Made by a program: the position numbers and the translations under genes. From Capsulimonadaceae bacterium (GTDB lineage Bacteria; Armatimonadota; Armatimonadia; Armatimonadales; Capsulimonadaceae): a stretch of 64,000 nt of DNA. The DNA is taken from assembly GCA_965215505.1 (NCBI GenBank), contig OZ244065.1, positions 608,001-672,000 on the forward strand. The letters are read 5' to 3'. Shown here in pieces: positions 27,905 to 38,234 of this stretch (positions within the stretch are counted from its first letter, which is position 1; each line of letters starts with the position of its first letter). The notes below the pieces were generated by a model. The model did not search any database and was not told the origin of the DNA. It saw only the letters and a program-made list of their open reading frames with translations.

Positions 27905-30203
27905 CTTTCTCCCCTTGCTGCGAGACAGGATTGCTCGCTTTCACCGGGTCGGCATCGTCAAGCTGCTGGCCTCCGGTCAGCCAGCTTTTCCCTGCTTCCT
28001 TGACCTCGTCCCGGTCGCCGTTATAGGCCGTGTCGCGGCGGGCCTCCGGGGGCCGCGTGGAGAGCTGGTCGCCGGTGCCGTTCGCGTCGGCACCCGCCGC
28101 GACCTGCATCTCCTGGACGGCCGCCCCGGTCAGGCCCGCGCCCATCGCCAGGACCCCGTTCTTTCCGTTGGACCCGTTCCCATTGACCGCGTGGCCGTTC
28201 CCGTTCGTCTTGACGCCGTTCCCATTCCCGTTGACGCCGGGCGCATGGCCGTTTGTTCCATTGCCATTCGAGCCGTGTCCGTTGGACCCGTTGCCGTTCG
28301 TCGTGACGATCAGCGTCTCCTTGGCGGCCTCGGCGGTCGGCGTCGCCGTGCCCGCCTCGTTCTTCTCGGCGGCGTAGTTGCGGAGGCGCGGCTTGATGAG
28401 CGACGTGTCCACATCAAGATAAGAAAGCTTAGGGCCGTCCGCCGTCCATTCGGCGACCGTCGTCTTCAGGAACCGGGCGTCGTCCCGCTTCGGGAAATCG
28501 GGCTTGTAGTGCGCGCCGCGCGACTCATCGCGGGCCAAGGCACCCCGGACGACCGCGCGGGACAGGTGCAGCATGTTCTTGAGCTGGCGGGTGAACGGGA
28601 TGAGCTGGTTCGTCCAGTTGGAGCTGTCCGCGATGCCGACATGCTCGACCCGCTCCATCAGCTCCTGGATCTTGGCGTCGGTCGCGCGCAGCCGGTCGTT
28701 GTAGCGGACGACGGTGACGTTCTCCGTCATCGTGTCGCCCAGCTCCTCGTGAAGCCGGTACGGGTTCTCGGTGCCCGTCGAGGCGGCGAGCTTCTCGTAC
28801 TTCTCCTGCTGCCGCAGCCGCGCGCTTTCAAACATGGACACGGGCAGGTCGTCCACGCTTTTGGGCAAATGCTTGACATAGTTGACCACGCCGGGGCCGA
28901 CGAGCTGGCCGCCGGTCAGGCAGGACAGCAGCGAGTTCGCGCCCAGCCGGTTCGCCCCGTGGTACTGGTAGTCGCACTCGCCGACGGCATACAGGCCCTG
29001 GATGTTAGTCATCTGGTTGCGCGGGTCGCCTTCGACCAGGGCACCGGTCTTCTCGTCCTTGACGAAATCCACCCACAGGCCGCCCATCGAATAATGGACG
29101 GCGGGGAAGATCCGCATCGGGGTCGTGCGCGGGTCCTCGCCGATGAACTTCTCGTAGATCTCCAGGATACCGCCGAGCTTGATGTCTATCAGTTTCTTGT
29201 CCAGGTGCGTCAGGTCGAGGTAGACCTGATTCTGGCCGCCGACGCCCATCCGCTGGTTGACGCAGACGTCGAAGATCTCGCGGGTCGCGATGTCACGGGG
29301 GACCAGGTTCCCATAGGCCGGGTACTTTTCTTCCAGGAAGTAGAACCGCTCGCCCTCGGGGACGTCCTCGCCGCGCCGCTTCTCCTGCGGGTCGCGCGGC
29401 ACCCAGACGCGCCCGCCCTCGCCGCGCGCCGATTCGGACATCAGCCGCAGCTTGTCCATGCCCGGAATGGCCGTCGGGTGGACTTGGATGAACTCGCCGT
29501 TAGCGTAGCGCGCGCCCTGCTGGTAGACGGCCGAGGCGGCAGTGCCGGTGTTCATCACCGAGTTGGTCGAGCGGTTGTAGATGATGCCAGGCCCGCCGGT
29601 GGCAAGCACCACGGCGTCGGCCTTGAATTCCTTGATCGTCATCGTCCGCAGGTCCTGCGCGATGATGCCCTTGCAGACACCGTCGTCGTCCTGCACAACG
29701 CCGAGGAACTCCCAGAACTCGTGCTTGGTGACTTCGCCTGCGACCTCATGCCGGCGCGTCTGCTCGTCCAGCGCATACAAGAGCTGCTGGCCGGTCGTCG
29801 CGCCCGCGTAAGCCGTCCGGTGGTGCTTGGTTCCGCCGAAGCGCCGAAAGTCCAGCAGGCCCTCGCCAGTGCGGTTGAACATGACGCCCATGCGGTCCAG
29901 CAAATAGATGATGCCGGGCGCGTTGTCGCACATGTGCTTGACAGGCGGCTGGTTGGCAAGGAAGTCGCCGCCGTAGACGGTGTCGTCCAGGTGCTCGTAG
30001 GGCGAGTCGCCCTCTCCCTTCGTGTTGACCGCGCCGTTGATCCCGCCCTGCGCGCAGACCGAGTGGCTGCGCTTGACGGGGACGAACGAGAACAGGTCCA
30101 CGGGAACGCCCGCCTCCGCGACCTTCACCGTCGTCATCAGACCGGCCAGTCCGCCGCCGACGACGATGACCTTGGGCTTTGTGTTGCTCGCAACTGTGAC
30201 CAT
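27888..30203 (-). CDS. sdhA: Succinate dehydrogenase flavoprotein subunit with a long C-terminal extension
   Basis: GGGLAG, RSHSVCAQGG, QVHPT, HYSMGG, HGANRLGANSL and ESRGAH motifs. Confidence 0.96.
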   Translation of the reverse strand: MVTVASNTKPKVIVVGGGLAGLMTTVKVAEAGVPVDLFSFVPVKRSHSVCAQGGINGAVNTKGEGDSPYEHLDDTVYGGDFLANQPPVKHMCDNAPGIIYLLDRMGVMFNRTGEGLLDFRRFGGTKHHRTAYAGATTGQQLLYALDEQTRRHEVAGEVTKHEFWEFLGVVQDDDGVCKGIIAQDLRTMTIKEFKADAVVLATGGPGIIYNRSTNSVMNTGTAASAVYQQGARYANGEFIQVHPTAIPGMDKLRLMSESARGEGGRVWVPRDPQEKRRGEDVPEGERFYFLEEKYPAYGNLVPRDIATREIFDVCVNQRMGVGGQNQVYLDLTHLDKKLIDIKLGGILEIYEKFIGEDPRTTPMRIFPAVHYSMGGLWVDFVKDEKTGALVEGDPRNQMTNIQGLYAVGECDYQYHGANRLGANSLLSCLTGGQLVGPGVVNYVKHLPKSVDDLPVSMFESARLRQQEKYEKLAASTGTENPYRLHEELGDTMTENVTVVRYNDRLRATDAKIQELMERVEHVGIADSSNWTNQLIPFTRQLKNMLHLSRAVVRGALARDESRGAHYKPDFPKRDDARFLKTTVAEWTADGPKLSYLDVDTSLIKPRLRNYAAEKNEAGTATPTAEAAKETLIVTTNGNGSNGHGSNGNGTNGHAPGVNGNGNGVKTNGNGHAVNGNGSNGKNGVLAMGAGLTGAAVQEMQVAAGADANGTGDQLSTRPPEARRDTAYNGDRDEVKEAGKSWLTGGQQLDDADPVKASNPVSQQGEKDVNAQ

Positions 30204-30274
30204 AGTTTAGTGCCTCTTATCTAGTAACAGCCGTCAATAAAGCTAAGTTCCTGGGAGTTAGTTCTTGCAAAAAA

Positions 30275-30769
30275 TCACCACGCGTCGTCCCCGCCTTCCG
30301 GCGGCCACAATCCCTGGAGCTGACGCAACATCGCGATCTGACCGTAGTGGTACGCGCTGTGCAGCGCGGGACATTCCGCGAGGTCGTAGCCGAGGCTGGC
30401 ATCACTGCGGTCCGGGCTGGTCTCGCCCGCCTTCTCTGCGGCCACCTGGGAGCAGGCGTCAAGGCCGCTCAGGAAGGCCGCGCGTGAGGCGGCCCACTCA
30501 CCCGCCACCGGAACGGGGAACGTGTCATTCAGATGCTCCGGACGCGGCAGGCTTTCGCCGCGCGCCCGCGCGATGTTTCTGTCCTGCCAGAAGCGCATGT
30601 GTGCCACAATCCCGGCGATGGAGTAGGCAGAACCGGGCGGCATGGGTAACGCCTGCTCCTCCGTTAAATCTCCGAGCAGGCGTTCCGGCGGCACGAACTC
30701 GCCGCCGCCGGTGAGCAACCTGCCGACGCCCGCAGGGGACACATCGTACTTGTACGCCGGACTAGTCAT
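30275..30769 (-). CDS. DinB-family protein
   Basis: SIAGIVAHM…HSAYHYGQI motifs. Confidence 0.85.
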   Translation of the reverse strand: MTSPAYKYDVSPAGVGRLLTGGGEFVPPERLLGDLTEEQALPMPPGSAYSIAGIVAHMRFWQDRNIARARGESLPRPEHLNDTFPVPVAGEWAASRAAFLSGLDACSQVAAEKAGETSPDRSDASLGYDLAECPALHSAYHYGQIAMLRQLQGLWPPEGGDDAW

Positions 30770-31370
30770 CGGCCGCCACCGGCGTGAACTCGATCAGGTC
30801 GTAGATGTCCGCCATGTTCAGCGAAATGCCGAGGGCCGGGATGTCAAGCAGGCTCTCCAAGCCCGATATCAGGCTGTAGTCCCAGCGGCCATCTTGGGCG
30901 CGTGAGAACTGTTCCACGCGCGGCGCGTCCTGGCTAACCAGGAGGTAAACCATCAGCGACTCAACGGTGATGTAGTCGCGGAACTTCTCGCCCCGGTCCT
31001 TACGCTCCGTGGTCGGGAACAGCACTTCTGCCACAAGCAGCGGATTCGTAATGACGGTCCGGCTGCCACCGTAGTATTGACGCGGGCCGCAAACGACCGT
31101 GACATCCGGGTAGTACATCTCGCCCGCTGTGTAGACCTTAATGTCCGAGGACATGACTCGACAGCCGCGCCCGCGGAGGGCTGCTCGCAGTTCCGCACCG
31201 AGGCTCATGGGAATCGTGGCGTGGTCGTCTGTCCCACCGGACATGGGGCAGATCCTTCCATGAATGTACTCAGACCTTGCCTCAGCCTGCTCTTCCAGGG
31301 CGAGATACTCATCTTCCGTGTAAAGCCTTTTCTGTGCCGGTGGGGCGATTTCACGTTCTGCGATTGCCAC
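30762..31370 (-). CDS. Uma2-family endonuclease-like protein
   Basis: YYPDVTVVC, NPLLVAEV, DRGEKF and YLLVSQD motifs. Confidence 0.9.
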   Translation of the reverse strand: MAIAEREIAPPAQKRLYTEDEYLALEEQAEARSEYIHGRICPMSGGTDDHATIPMSLGAELRAALRGRGCRVMSSDIKVYTAGEMYYPDVTVVCGPRQYYGGSRTVITNPLLVAEVLFPTTERKDRGEKFRDYITVESLMVYLLVSQDAPRVEQFSRAQDGRWDYSLISGLESLLDIPALGISLNMADIYDLIEFTPVAADD

Positions 31371-31383
31371 GGCCTGTTACCCC

Positions 31384-32133
31384 TCAGTGCGTCATCTTCA
31401 CAGCCGCCGACGAGGCGGTGGCGATGCCGTTCACGCCATCAAAATGCAGGTGTGCGATGGTCGCCAGCCCGATCAGGGTGAATACGGCGAACAGGCCCCA
31501 GCAGACGAACTGGTTCATGCGCTGGGAATGCGCGGAGATCGTGATGCCCCAGCGGACACAAAAGTTCCACAGCCCGTTGGTGAAGTGGAAGACCGTCCCG
31601 ATGATGCCGACGGCATAGATGGCGAGGACCCAGGGGGAGGCAAGGGCGTGAGCCATGCTGCCGTACTCGATCACCGATTCCGGGTGCGGGTTGCCGTGCC
31701 ACTGCTCCCAATACTTCGCCAGGCTTGTATGCCAGACATGGTAGCCGATGTAGAAGAGGGCGACCACGCCGCTGACACGCTGCAAGAAGTACATCCAGTT
31801 GCGCCCGTACTGGTACTTACCCAGGTTCGGTTTGGCGTAGGCCGTGATCCAGATGCCATAGATCGAGTGGTACAGGATCGGCAGATAGATCACGATCACT
31901 TCCAGCACGACCACGAATGGCAGGTAGCCGAAGACCTTGACGACAGTGTTATAAGCCTCCGGCCCGCGCAGGGCGTAGGAATTCGCGATCAGGTGTTGAA
32001 GAAGGAAAACGCCTATGGGGAAGATGCCCGAGGCCGAATGCAAGCGATGCCAGATGTATGGGTCGTGGAGACGGCCCTTCTGGTTGCTCGTTTCGTTAGT
32101 GGCGGTTGTCGGTTCCGGTGCTGCGACTGCCAT
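31384..32133 (-). CDS. sdhC: Succinate dehydrogenase cytochrome b558 subunit
   Basis: RLHSASGIFPIG, QRVSG and FHFTNGLW…WGI motifs. Confidence 0.93.
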   Translation of the reverse strand: MAVAAPEPTTATNETSNQKGRLHDPYIWHRLHSASGIFPIGVFLLQHLIANSYALRGPEAYNTVVKVFGYLPFVVVLEVIVIYLPILYHSIYGIWITAYAKPNLGKYQYGRNWMYFLQRVSGVVALFYIGYHVWHTSLAKYWEQWHGNPHPESVIEYGSMAHALASPWVLAIYAVGIIGTVFHFTNGLWNFCVRWGITISAHSQRMNQFVCWGLFAVFTLIGLATIAHLHFDGVNGIATASSAAVKMTH

Positions 32134-32212
32134 GAAAAACCCTTTCAGCGTTCATTGACGCGAAGATTATACCCAAGGCTGACGGAGAAGTAAAATGATT
32201 TGTCTTTGCGGG

Positions 32213-32235
32213 TATCATAAGCCGAGCTTATGATA
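32213..32235. promoter_or_regulatory. Palindromic operator overlapping the LysR start
   Basis: TATCATAAGC-CGA-GCTTATGATA. Confidence 0.65.
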
Positions 32236-33126
32236 AACCTGGACAGCCTACAGATCTTTGCGGACCTGGTCGAAGCGGGCAGCTTCTCCAGGGCGGCGGA
32301 GAAGAACTTCGTCTCGCAGTCCGCCGTCAGCCAGCGCCTGCGCGCGCTGGAGCGCGAGTACGGGCAGACACTTCTGGACCGGGGGCAGGGGCGCGGGCGC
32401 GTCACGCCGACTGCCGCCGGTGAGGCGCTCTACCGGGGGGCGCGCGAGGTCTTGTTGCGCGCCTCGGCGCTGGACGCCGAGATGCGTCAGCTCTCGGACG
32501 AGGTGGCCGGCACGGTGCGGGTGGCGACGGTCTACTCGGTCGGACTGCACGCCCTCCCGCCCCGGCTGAAGCCGTTCCTGGCCGCCCACCCGCGCGTCAA
32601 CGTCCATTTGGAATATGAGCAGACCGACAAGGTCTATGATGACGTCGTCTCCGGCCTGCTTGATGTCGGCATCGTGGCCTGCCCCACGCCCAAGCGGGAC
32701 CTGGAAGTGGTGCCTTTCGCCGAGGAGGAGATGGTCGTCATCTGCGCCCCCGAACACCCTCTGGCGGGTGAAACGTCCGTGCGGCTGCGGCAGCTCGACG
32801 GGCTGGCCTTCATCGGGTTCGCCGACGACATCCCCACCCGGCGGCTGGTGGACGACCGGCTGCGGGCGGCCGGGGCGCGCGTGCGGATGGTGACGACGTT
32901 CGACAACATCGAGACGATCAAGAACCTGGTGGAGATCGGCAGCGGCGTCAGCCTCCTGCCGGTGGATACGGTGCGTCAGGAGCGGCGGACGGGGACGCTC
33001 GTCGCCCTGCCGCTTGCCCCCGCCGACGCCTTCGCGCGGCCCACGGGTCTGCTGCTCAAGAAGACGAAGGCTCGCCGCGCCGCCGTCCGCGCCTTCGTGG
33101 AGGCGATGTCGCCGGCCAGGACTTGA
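32230..33126 (+). CDS. LysR-family transcriptional regulator
   Basis: GSFSRAAEKNFVSQSAVSQRLRALE HTH. Divergent from sdhC. Confidence 0.95.
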   Translation: MINLDSLQIFADLVEAGSFSRAAEKNFVSQSAVSQRLRALEREYGQTLLDRGQGRGRVTPTAAGEALYRGAREVLLRASALDAEMRQLSDEVAGTVRVATVYSVGLHALPPRLKPFLAAHPRVNVHLEYEQTDKVYDDVVSGLLDVGIVACPTPKRDLEVVPFAEEEMVVICAPEHPLAGETSVRLRQLDGLAFIGFADDIPTRRLVDDRLRAAGARVRMVTTFDNIETIKNLVEIGSGVSLLPVDTVRQERRTGTLVALPLAPADAFARPTGLLLKKTKARRAAVRAFVEAMSPART

Positions 33127-33155
33127 AATCGCGCCCGCCGGGGTACATCAGGCCC

Positions 33156-34559
33156 ATGAACAGCCGCTACTTCGCGAAGAAGAACGTCGCCGACTTGCAG
33201 GCCGAGAAGACGGACGGGACCACTCTGAACCGCTCCCTAGGGCGGGGACGCCTGCTCGCCCTGGGCGTGGGCGCGATCATCGGCGCGGGCATCTTCGTCC
33301 TGACCGGCCAGGCGGCGGCGCAGTATGCGGGGCCAGCCATCATGCTGTCGTTCATCCTCGGCGGCATCGCCTGCGCCTTCGCGGGGCTGTGCTATGCCGA
33401 GTTCGCCGCGCTCATTCCCATCGCCGGCAGCGCCTACACCTACTCGTATGCGACACTGGGCGAGCTGGTGGCCTGGATCATCGGCTGGGATCTGGTGCTG
33501 GAATACGCCCTGGGCACGGCGACGGTCGCCGTCGGCTGGGCGGGCTACGTCGGCTCGTTCCTGCGTGATCTGGGTCTGCACCTGCCCGCCCCGCACGGCT
33601 TCAACCCGCTCGCGATGGTCGGCGTCCTGGCCGTGACCGCCCTGCTGGCCTTCGGCGTCAAGGAGTCCACCAACCTCAACGCGGGCATGGTCCTGGTCAA
33701 GCTGTGCGTGATCGCCCTGTTCCTCGCCTTCGGCGCGGGCCACCTGCACCCGGCGAACTGGCACCCGTTCCTGCCGCCGAATACGGGCCACTTCGGGCAG
33801 TACGGGTGGAGTGGCGTCCTGCGCGGGGCGGGCATCATTTTCTTCGCCTACATCGGGTTTGACGCCGTCTCGACGGCGGCGCAGGAGGCGAAGGACCCGC
33901 AGAAGGACATGCCGGTCGGCATCCTCGGCTCCCTGCTGGTCTGCACGGTCCTTTATATCCTGGTCGCGGGCGTCTTGACCGGGCTTGTGCCGTACAAGTC
34001 GCTCAACGTGGCGGACCCCATCGCGGTCGGCGTGGGCGCGACCGGGCTGCCGTGGCTGATCGAGGTCGTCAAGGTCGGCGTCATCGCCGGACTGAGTTCA
34101 GTCATGCTCGTCCTGATGTACGGCCAGACGCGCATCTTCTACACGATGGCGGGCGACGGCCTGCTGCCCGCCGTCTTCAGCCGCCTGCACCCGCGCTTCC
34201 AGACGCCTGTGGCCGCCACCTGGCTGCTCGGCGGCGTGGTGAGCATCATCGCCGCCTTCGTCCCGCTGGCCCTGCTGGGAGAGCTGGTCAGCATCGGCAC
34301 CCTGTTCGCCTTCATCCTGGTCTGTGCCGGGGTGCTGTACCTGCGCCGCGCCCAGCCGGAACTTGCGCGCCCGTTCCGCTGCCCCGGCGTCCCGTTCGTG
34401 CCGGTCGGCGGCATCCTCGCCTGCCTGTACCTCATCGTCGGCCTGCCGGGGAGTACCCAGGTCCGCCTCATCGTCTGGCTGCTGATCGGCTTCGTCATCT
34501 ACTTCGGCTACAGCCGGCATCACAGCAAGCTCGGGGAGGGCGCTTCAAGTAGTTCCTGA
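33156..34559 (+). CDS. APC-family amino acid permease
   Basis: GAIIGAGIF, GSAYTY and FFAYIGFD motifs. Confidence 0.95.
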   Translation: MNSRYFAKKNVADLQAEKTDGTTLNRSLGRGRLLALGVGAIIGAGIFVLTGQAAAQYAGPAIMLSFILGGIACAFAGLCYAEFAALIPIAGSAYTYSYATLGELVAWIIGWDLVLEYALGTATVAVGWAGYVGSFLRDLGLHLPAPHGFNPLAMVGVLAVTALLAFGVKESTNLNAGMVLVKLCVIALFLAFGAGHLHPANWHPFLPPNTGHFGQYGWSGVLRGAGIIFFAYIGFDAVSTAAQEAKDPQKDMPVGILGSLLVCTVLYILVAGVLTGLVPYKSLNVADPIAVGVGATGLPWLIEVVKVGVIAGLSSVMLVLMYGQTRIFYTMAGDGLLPAVFSRLHPRFQTPVAATWLLGGVVSIIAAFVPLALLGELVSIGTLFAFILVCAGVLYLRRAQPELARPFRCPGVPFVPVGGILACLYLIVGLPGSTQVRLIVWLLIGFVIYFGYSRHHSKLGEGASSSS

Positions 34560-35545
34560 ATACTCGCCCTCGTGCGGTCCGCCTCGCCCACCGTGTCCCC
34601 ATAACGAACGAGGCATTGCAGCCCGACGAGCGAACGTGATAGTTCATAAAACGGCCTGCGGCCCTCGTACCCAGCGTCCAGCGTGACATGTGCCGCGTAG
34701 CCGCTGAAGAACGCTTCCCGCAGCGCCTCCTCACCGTCGCCGAAGTGGGCAAGCTCCGTCCGCATCAGGTCGTACTCGTTGTGGCCGATGATGGCCTCTT
34801 CAACGTCCAGAACGCCCGTGATCCGTCCCTCAGATACCAGCACATTGCTCATGTGCAGATCCATGTGCAGCAGACGTGGCACAATAGGATGATCCAGCAG
34901 CCCTTCGTGGTCGCCGAACCAGCGGCCAATGGGTGTTGTGAGGTCGAGGAACTCGGTGCGTGAGAGGAACGCCAAGCGCCCCCGGACGATCTCCTGGTGC
35001 ATCTCGCGCCATATCGTGAACGGGCCGACGTCTCCTCCATCAGCCTCCCCCACGAGTTCCCACGCGGGGCCGACCGTGACCACACCATCCCACTCCATAA
35101 CATCGCCGAAGCGATCAAACGTCAGCGAGTGCATCCGGCCCAGGAGGTCGCCGAGCTGCCGGTAGGTGTCCAGCCTCTCGGCGGCGCTCATGCTTTCATA
35201 CGCCTGCGAGAGCGTGAGGCCGGGGAGGTGTTCGGAGAGGCTGTAGGCGAACGGAGCGAGACCGCGGGAGAGGTCCGTCACCAGCACATGCGGTGCGGGG
35301 AGGCCCTGCTCTCGGAGCAAGCCGTACACAATCCGCTCCTTGCGGAATTTCCAGTCACAGGCCGGGTCATGGGAAACTTTGAGGATGAGGCCGCCTTGCG
35401 ACGTTTCAAGGATGAAGACGCTGCCGGTCAGGCCGCTCCCCGGCCTGCGGACGCTTCGCAACGTCAGCCCGGCAGACGAGAGAATGGCTTGGATGTGTTC
35501 CGCGCCGACTGTCTCGTCCAAGATGCGTGGCTCTAAACTGTTCAA
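34520..35545 (-). CDS. Aminoglycoside phosphotransferase-like kinase
   Basis: HMDLHMSNVL and GVLDVE (HxDxxxxN…D) motifs. Confidence 0.8.
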   Translation of the reverse strand: MNSLEPRILDETVGAEHIQAILSSAGLTLRSVRRPGSGLTGSVFILETSQGGLILKVSHDPACDWKFRKERIVYGLLREQGLPAPHVLVTDLSRGLAPFAYSLSEHLPGLTLSQAYESMSAAERLDTYRQLGDLLGRMHSLTFDRFGDVMEWDGVVTVGPAWELVGEADGGDVGPFTIWREMHQEIVRGRLAFLSRTEFLDLTTPIGRWFGDHEGLLDHPIVPRLLHMDLHMSNVLVSEGRITGVLDVEEAIIGHNEYDLMRTELAHFGDGEEALREAFFSGYAAHVTLDAGYEGRRPFYELSRSLVGLQCLVRYGDTVGEADRTRASIQELLEAPSPSLL

Positions 35546-36096
35546 AGGGGCGGCCAGTCGCCACCACCGCCGCCCTGGTCTTCGCTCTCAGTAATGGGGT
35601 TGAAGTCCAGTATCCGGTTGTGTGCGACGTGAATGGTGCCGACATCGCGGCGGTCCTGCCCGCGCCATGTGACCTGCCCCTGAAGCACATAGCCCCACGG
35701 TTTCAGGAGATGGGTGATCAGGTAGAACAGCCACGCCTCGTAGCGGTAGAACTTCTCGCGGCCGTTCCACTCAATGCCTGTGCCGTCAGCCGTCGGAACC
35801 CAGTCGCACCACAGGCCCGGCTGCCCCGCCGGAGGCTCGCTGTCGTCCACCACGGAGGGGTCATCGTCCCAATCCTCAAGCGGATCGTTCGCGGCCTCCC
35901 CGGCGACGAAGTACCCGCCCTCGCCTCCCAGCGGCAGGCCGGCGGCGGTGCGGATGGGGTCGGGGAGGTCGTTGAGCATGACCTGGACGCGCTTCATGCG
36001 GCGCGTGTCGGCGAAGCGGGCCAGGTACGCCGCGTGTTCGGGAGACAGCGGCCTGTTCAAGTCGAAGCGTTCCTGGAAGACCGTCGTGTAGCCCAT
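35542..36096 (-). CDS. Conserved-looking hypothetical protein
   Basis: 184-aa ORF with MGYTT…QPGLWCDW…EKFY…WL. Confidence 0.7.
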   Translation of the reverse strand: MGYTTVFQERFDLNRPLSPEHAAYLARFADTRRMKRVQVMLNDLPDPIRTAAGLPLGGEGGYFVAGEAANDPLEDWDDDPSVVDDSEPPAGQPGLWCDWVPTADGTGIEWNGREKFYRYEAWLFYLITHLLKPWGYVLQGQVTWRGQDRRDVGTIHVAHNRILDFNPITESEDQGGGGGDWPPL

Positions 36097-36111
36097 GCTG
36101 TGCTGTGCCTC

Positions 36112-36333
36112 TCAGGCCGCGACGGGCTGCAAGACGGGCGCGAACTGAACGCCGTGGTCGCCGGGATAAGGCTCGCGGTGGTCGTTCTCCCCCAGCCAGA
36201 TCGGGAGCGGGATGCCTGCGGGAAAAGCGGTGCATTTGCGCTCGCCGCTTGCATCCAAGTGCCGGCAGTGGGTGCAGACCAGGCTAAAGACCGGCAGGTG
36301 TGAGTCTTTGTCCAGCACGAAAAGGTCATTCAT
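36112..36333 (-). CDS. Small Cys/His-rich hypothetical protein
   Basis: CTHCRH…CTAFPAGIP…DH…PYPGDHG motif, GGAGG upstream. Confidence 0.65.
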   Translation of the reverse strand: MNDLFVLDKDSHLPVFSLVCTHCRHLDASGERKCTAFPAGIPLPIWLGENDHREPYPGDHGVQFAPVLQPVAA

Positions 36334-36738
36334 CTCCAAACCTCCGATACAACAAGGGAAGATCATCGGCCACACGCCGCCAAACTTCATGCCAGAACTG
36401 GGCTTCCGCGAACTCTGTACTCATTCTACCGTCCGAAACAGCCTGGAGGGTTGAGCGTATCAGGGTAGCTTTGTGTCTTTCCAGGCTGGGCTGAACTGTG
36501 CTAACCCATTACCCGTCGTTCCACTCCATGTCAGTGCCAGGGCACATGGAATAACTGAACAGCGGACCGACAGCACGGATCTCGGCCAGTTCCGCGTAAC
36601 AGGCAGTCGCGATGTCCTGCGGGGAGAACGAGCCGCCTGCATGGCGCGGGTCGCTAGGCGGGTACTGCCAGCCGAGTGGGTGGTTATGAACTAGCGTGGC
36701 CTTGCCGACCTGCTTGATGTGATCGATGTGGGGGCCTA

Positions 36739-37930
36739 GTAGTCTAACCTGGTAGGATAGTGGGGTAGAGCCGCTTCAGTTTGATGCGGGCGTCTTCCGT
36801 CGTGAACCGCCAGTCAATCTTGGCGGCACTCGCGTTGCGCCTACCTTGCCAAGCCGCCACTTGCCTTTGCAGGTTCTCTTGGTCGCCCAAGCGCTCAGAC
36901 AAACACTGCCGCGCCAAGACGGACAACTCGATCTCGGCCATGTTCAGCCACGAGCCGTGCTTGGGCGTGTAATGCACCTCAAGTCTGTCGGCCAGCCGCT
37001 TGGCCTCCGCAGGCAGAAAGGCGCGGTATAAGCTGGCGGGCGTATGCGTGTTCAGGTTGTCCATGACCAGAACGATCTTCTCCGCGTCAGGATGCAGCAC
37101 ATCCACCAGATGCAGGATGACGCGGGCGAAGTCCTGGCAGGTGCGCTGGGCGGTCACATGGACGTGCCGCTTGCCCGCCAGCGGCTCAGAGACCATGAAC
37201 AAACTGGCCGTCCCGTTCCGCACATATTCGCTGTCCTGGCGGGCGGGCTGCCCCGCCGTCATCGGGAGCGCAGGCCGCGCGTCAGACAAGAGCTGCTTGC
37301 TGGCCTCGTCCAGACAGACCAGGGGACGCTTCTCGTCCTGCGGCCTCTGGTAGACCGAGAGCACATCTTCCATGCGGAAGACGAACTCGGCATTCTGCTC
37401 GGGCGGGATGCACCAGCATTTCTTTAGCCACGGCTTGAGTTCATTTTTTTTAGCGCCTGGCGCACGGTCTCTTTGCCGATGGCGTCCACGATCTGCTGCT
37501 CGATGAGCGCGTCCCTCAGCAGGCGCAGGCTCCAGCGCTTGTGGCCCTCGGGCGGCGTACTGCATGTGGTGGCGACCAGAAAGGCTTCGGCTTCTCCGTC
37601 GAGGACGCGGGCTTTGCGCGTTTCTTGTTCTTTATGGGCCAGACCTTTGTGCAGGCCGCGCTCGGAGAAGCGTTGACGGACGCGGGTGACGGTGAGCGGG
37701 GCGACCTTGACCTGCTGGGCGATGGCGGCATCTTTGTCCGCGCCGCCTTCTTTGGCTTCGTCGGCCAGCAACAGGATGCGGGCGCGTTTGCGCTCGCGCT
37801 CGGAGTGGCGCTGGGACTTGCTCAGGCGCAGAAGCTCGGCGCGCTCGGCCTCGGCCAGAGACACATGATATTTCTTCGCGGACATCGGATAAGCCTCCTC
37901 AGACTCATCCATTCTACCAGGTTAGGCTAC
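36739..37930 (-). mobile_element. IS630-family insertion sequence
   Basis: 17-bp terminal IRs (36739-36755 and 37914-37930, one mismatch). TA duplicated at 36737-36738 and 37931-37932. Confidence 0.93.
36744..37912 (-). CDS. IS630 transposase, two overlapping ORFs joined by a probable -1 frameshift
   Basis: HTH ORF (37424-37912) plus DDE ORF (LDEA, MDNLNTH, TPKHGSWLNMAE). A8 slippery run at 37444-37451. Confidence 0.9.
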
Positions 37931-37991
37931 TAGAGAACCAACAGGCGAGTAGCGAACCCAAGCCGTCCAGCCGTGAATCGACGAGAAGGAG

Positions 37992-38234
37992 ATGATTACG
38001 GCACAGATCCTCATCACACGGAACGAGAACATACTGGGCGGCATCCCCGCCTTCACGGAGACGCCCGCCCCCGTGAAGACCCTGCTTGACTACCTGAAAA
38101 CCAATCACCCGCTTGACGATTTTCCGGACGATTTCTTAACGGCGGCACCTGAGCAGGCTCGGCTGGTCCTGGAGGCCGTTCAGCGGCAGTTACAAGGGCC
38201 GGGTAACGAGGCGACCTATGAACTTGCTGCTTGA
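37992..38234 (+). CDS. DUF433 antitoxin-like protein, possibly degenerate
   Basis: ILGGIPAF…PVKTLLDYL…LDDFPDDF motif. Confidence 0.75.
   Translation: MITAQILITRNENILGGIPAFTETPAPVKTLLDYLKTNHPLDDFPDDFLTAAPEQARLVLEAVQRQLQGPGNEATYELAA

Noticed and set aside
27759-30224. Long antisense ORFs (here, and at 394-1911, 19820-21517, 49779-51341, 52253-54349)
   Set aside because: Shadow frames of well-supported genes in GC-rich DNA.
32213-32235. Another dif-like site (CATAA…TTATG)
   Set aside because: The spacer is 7 bp and the site is a full palindrome at a LysR start, so an operator is the better reading.
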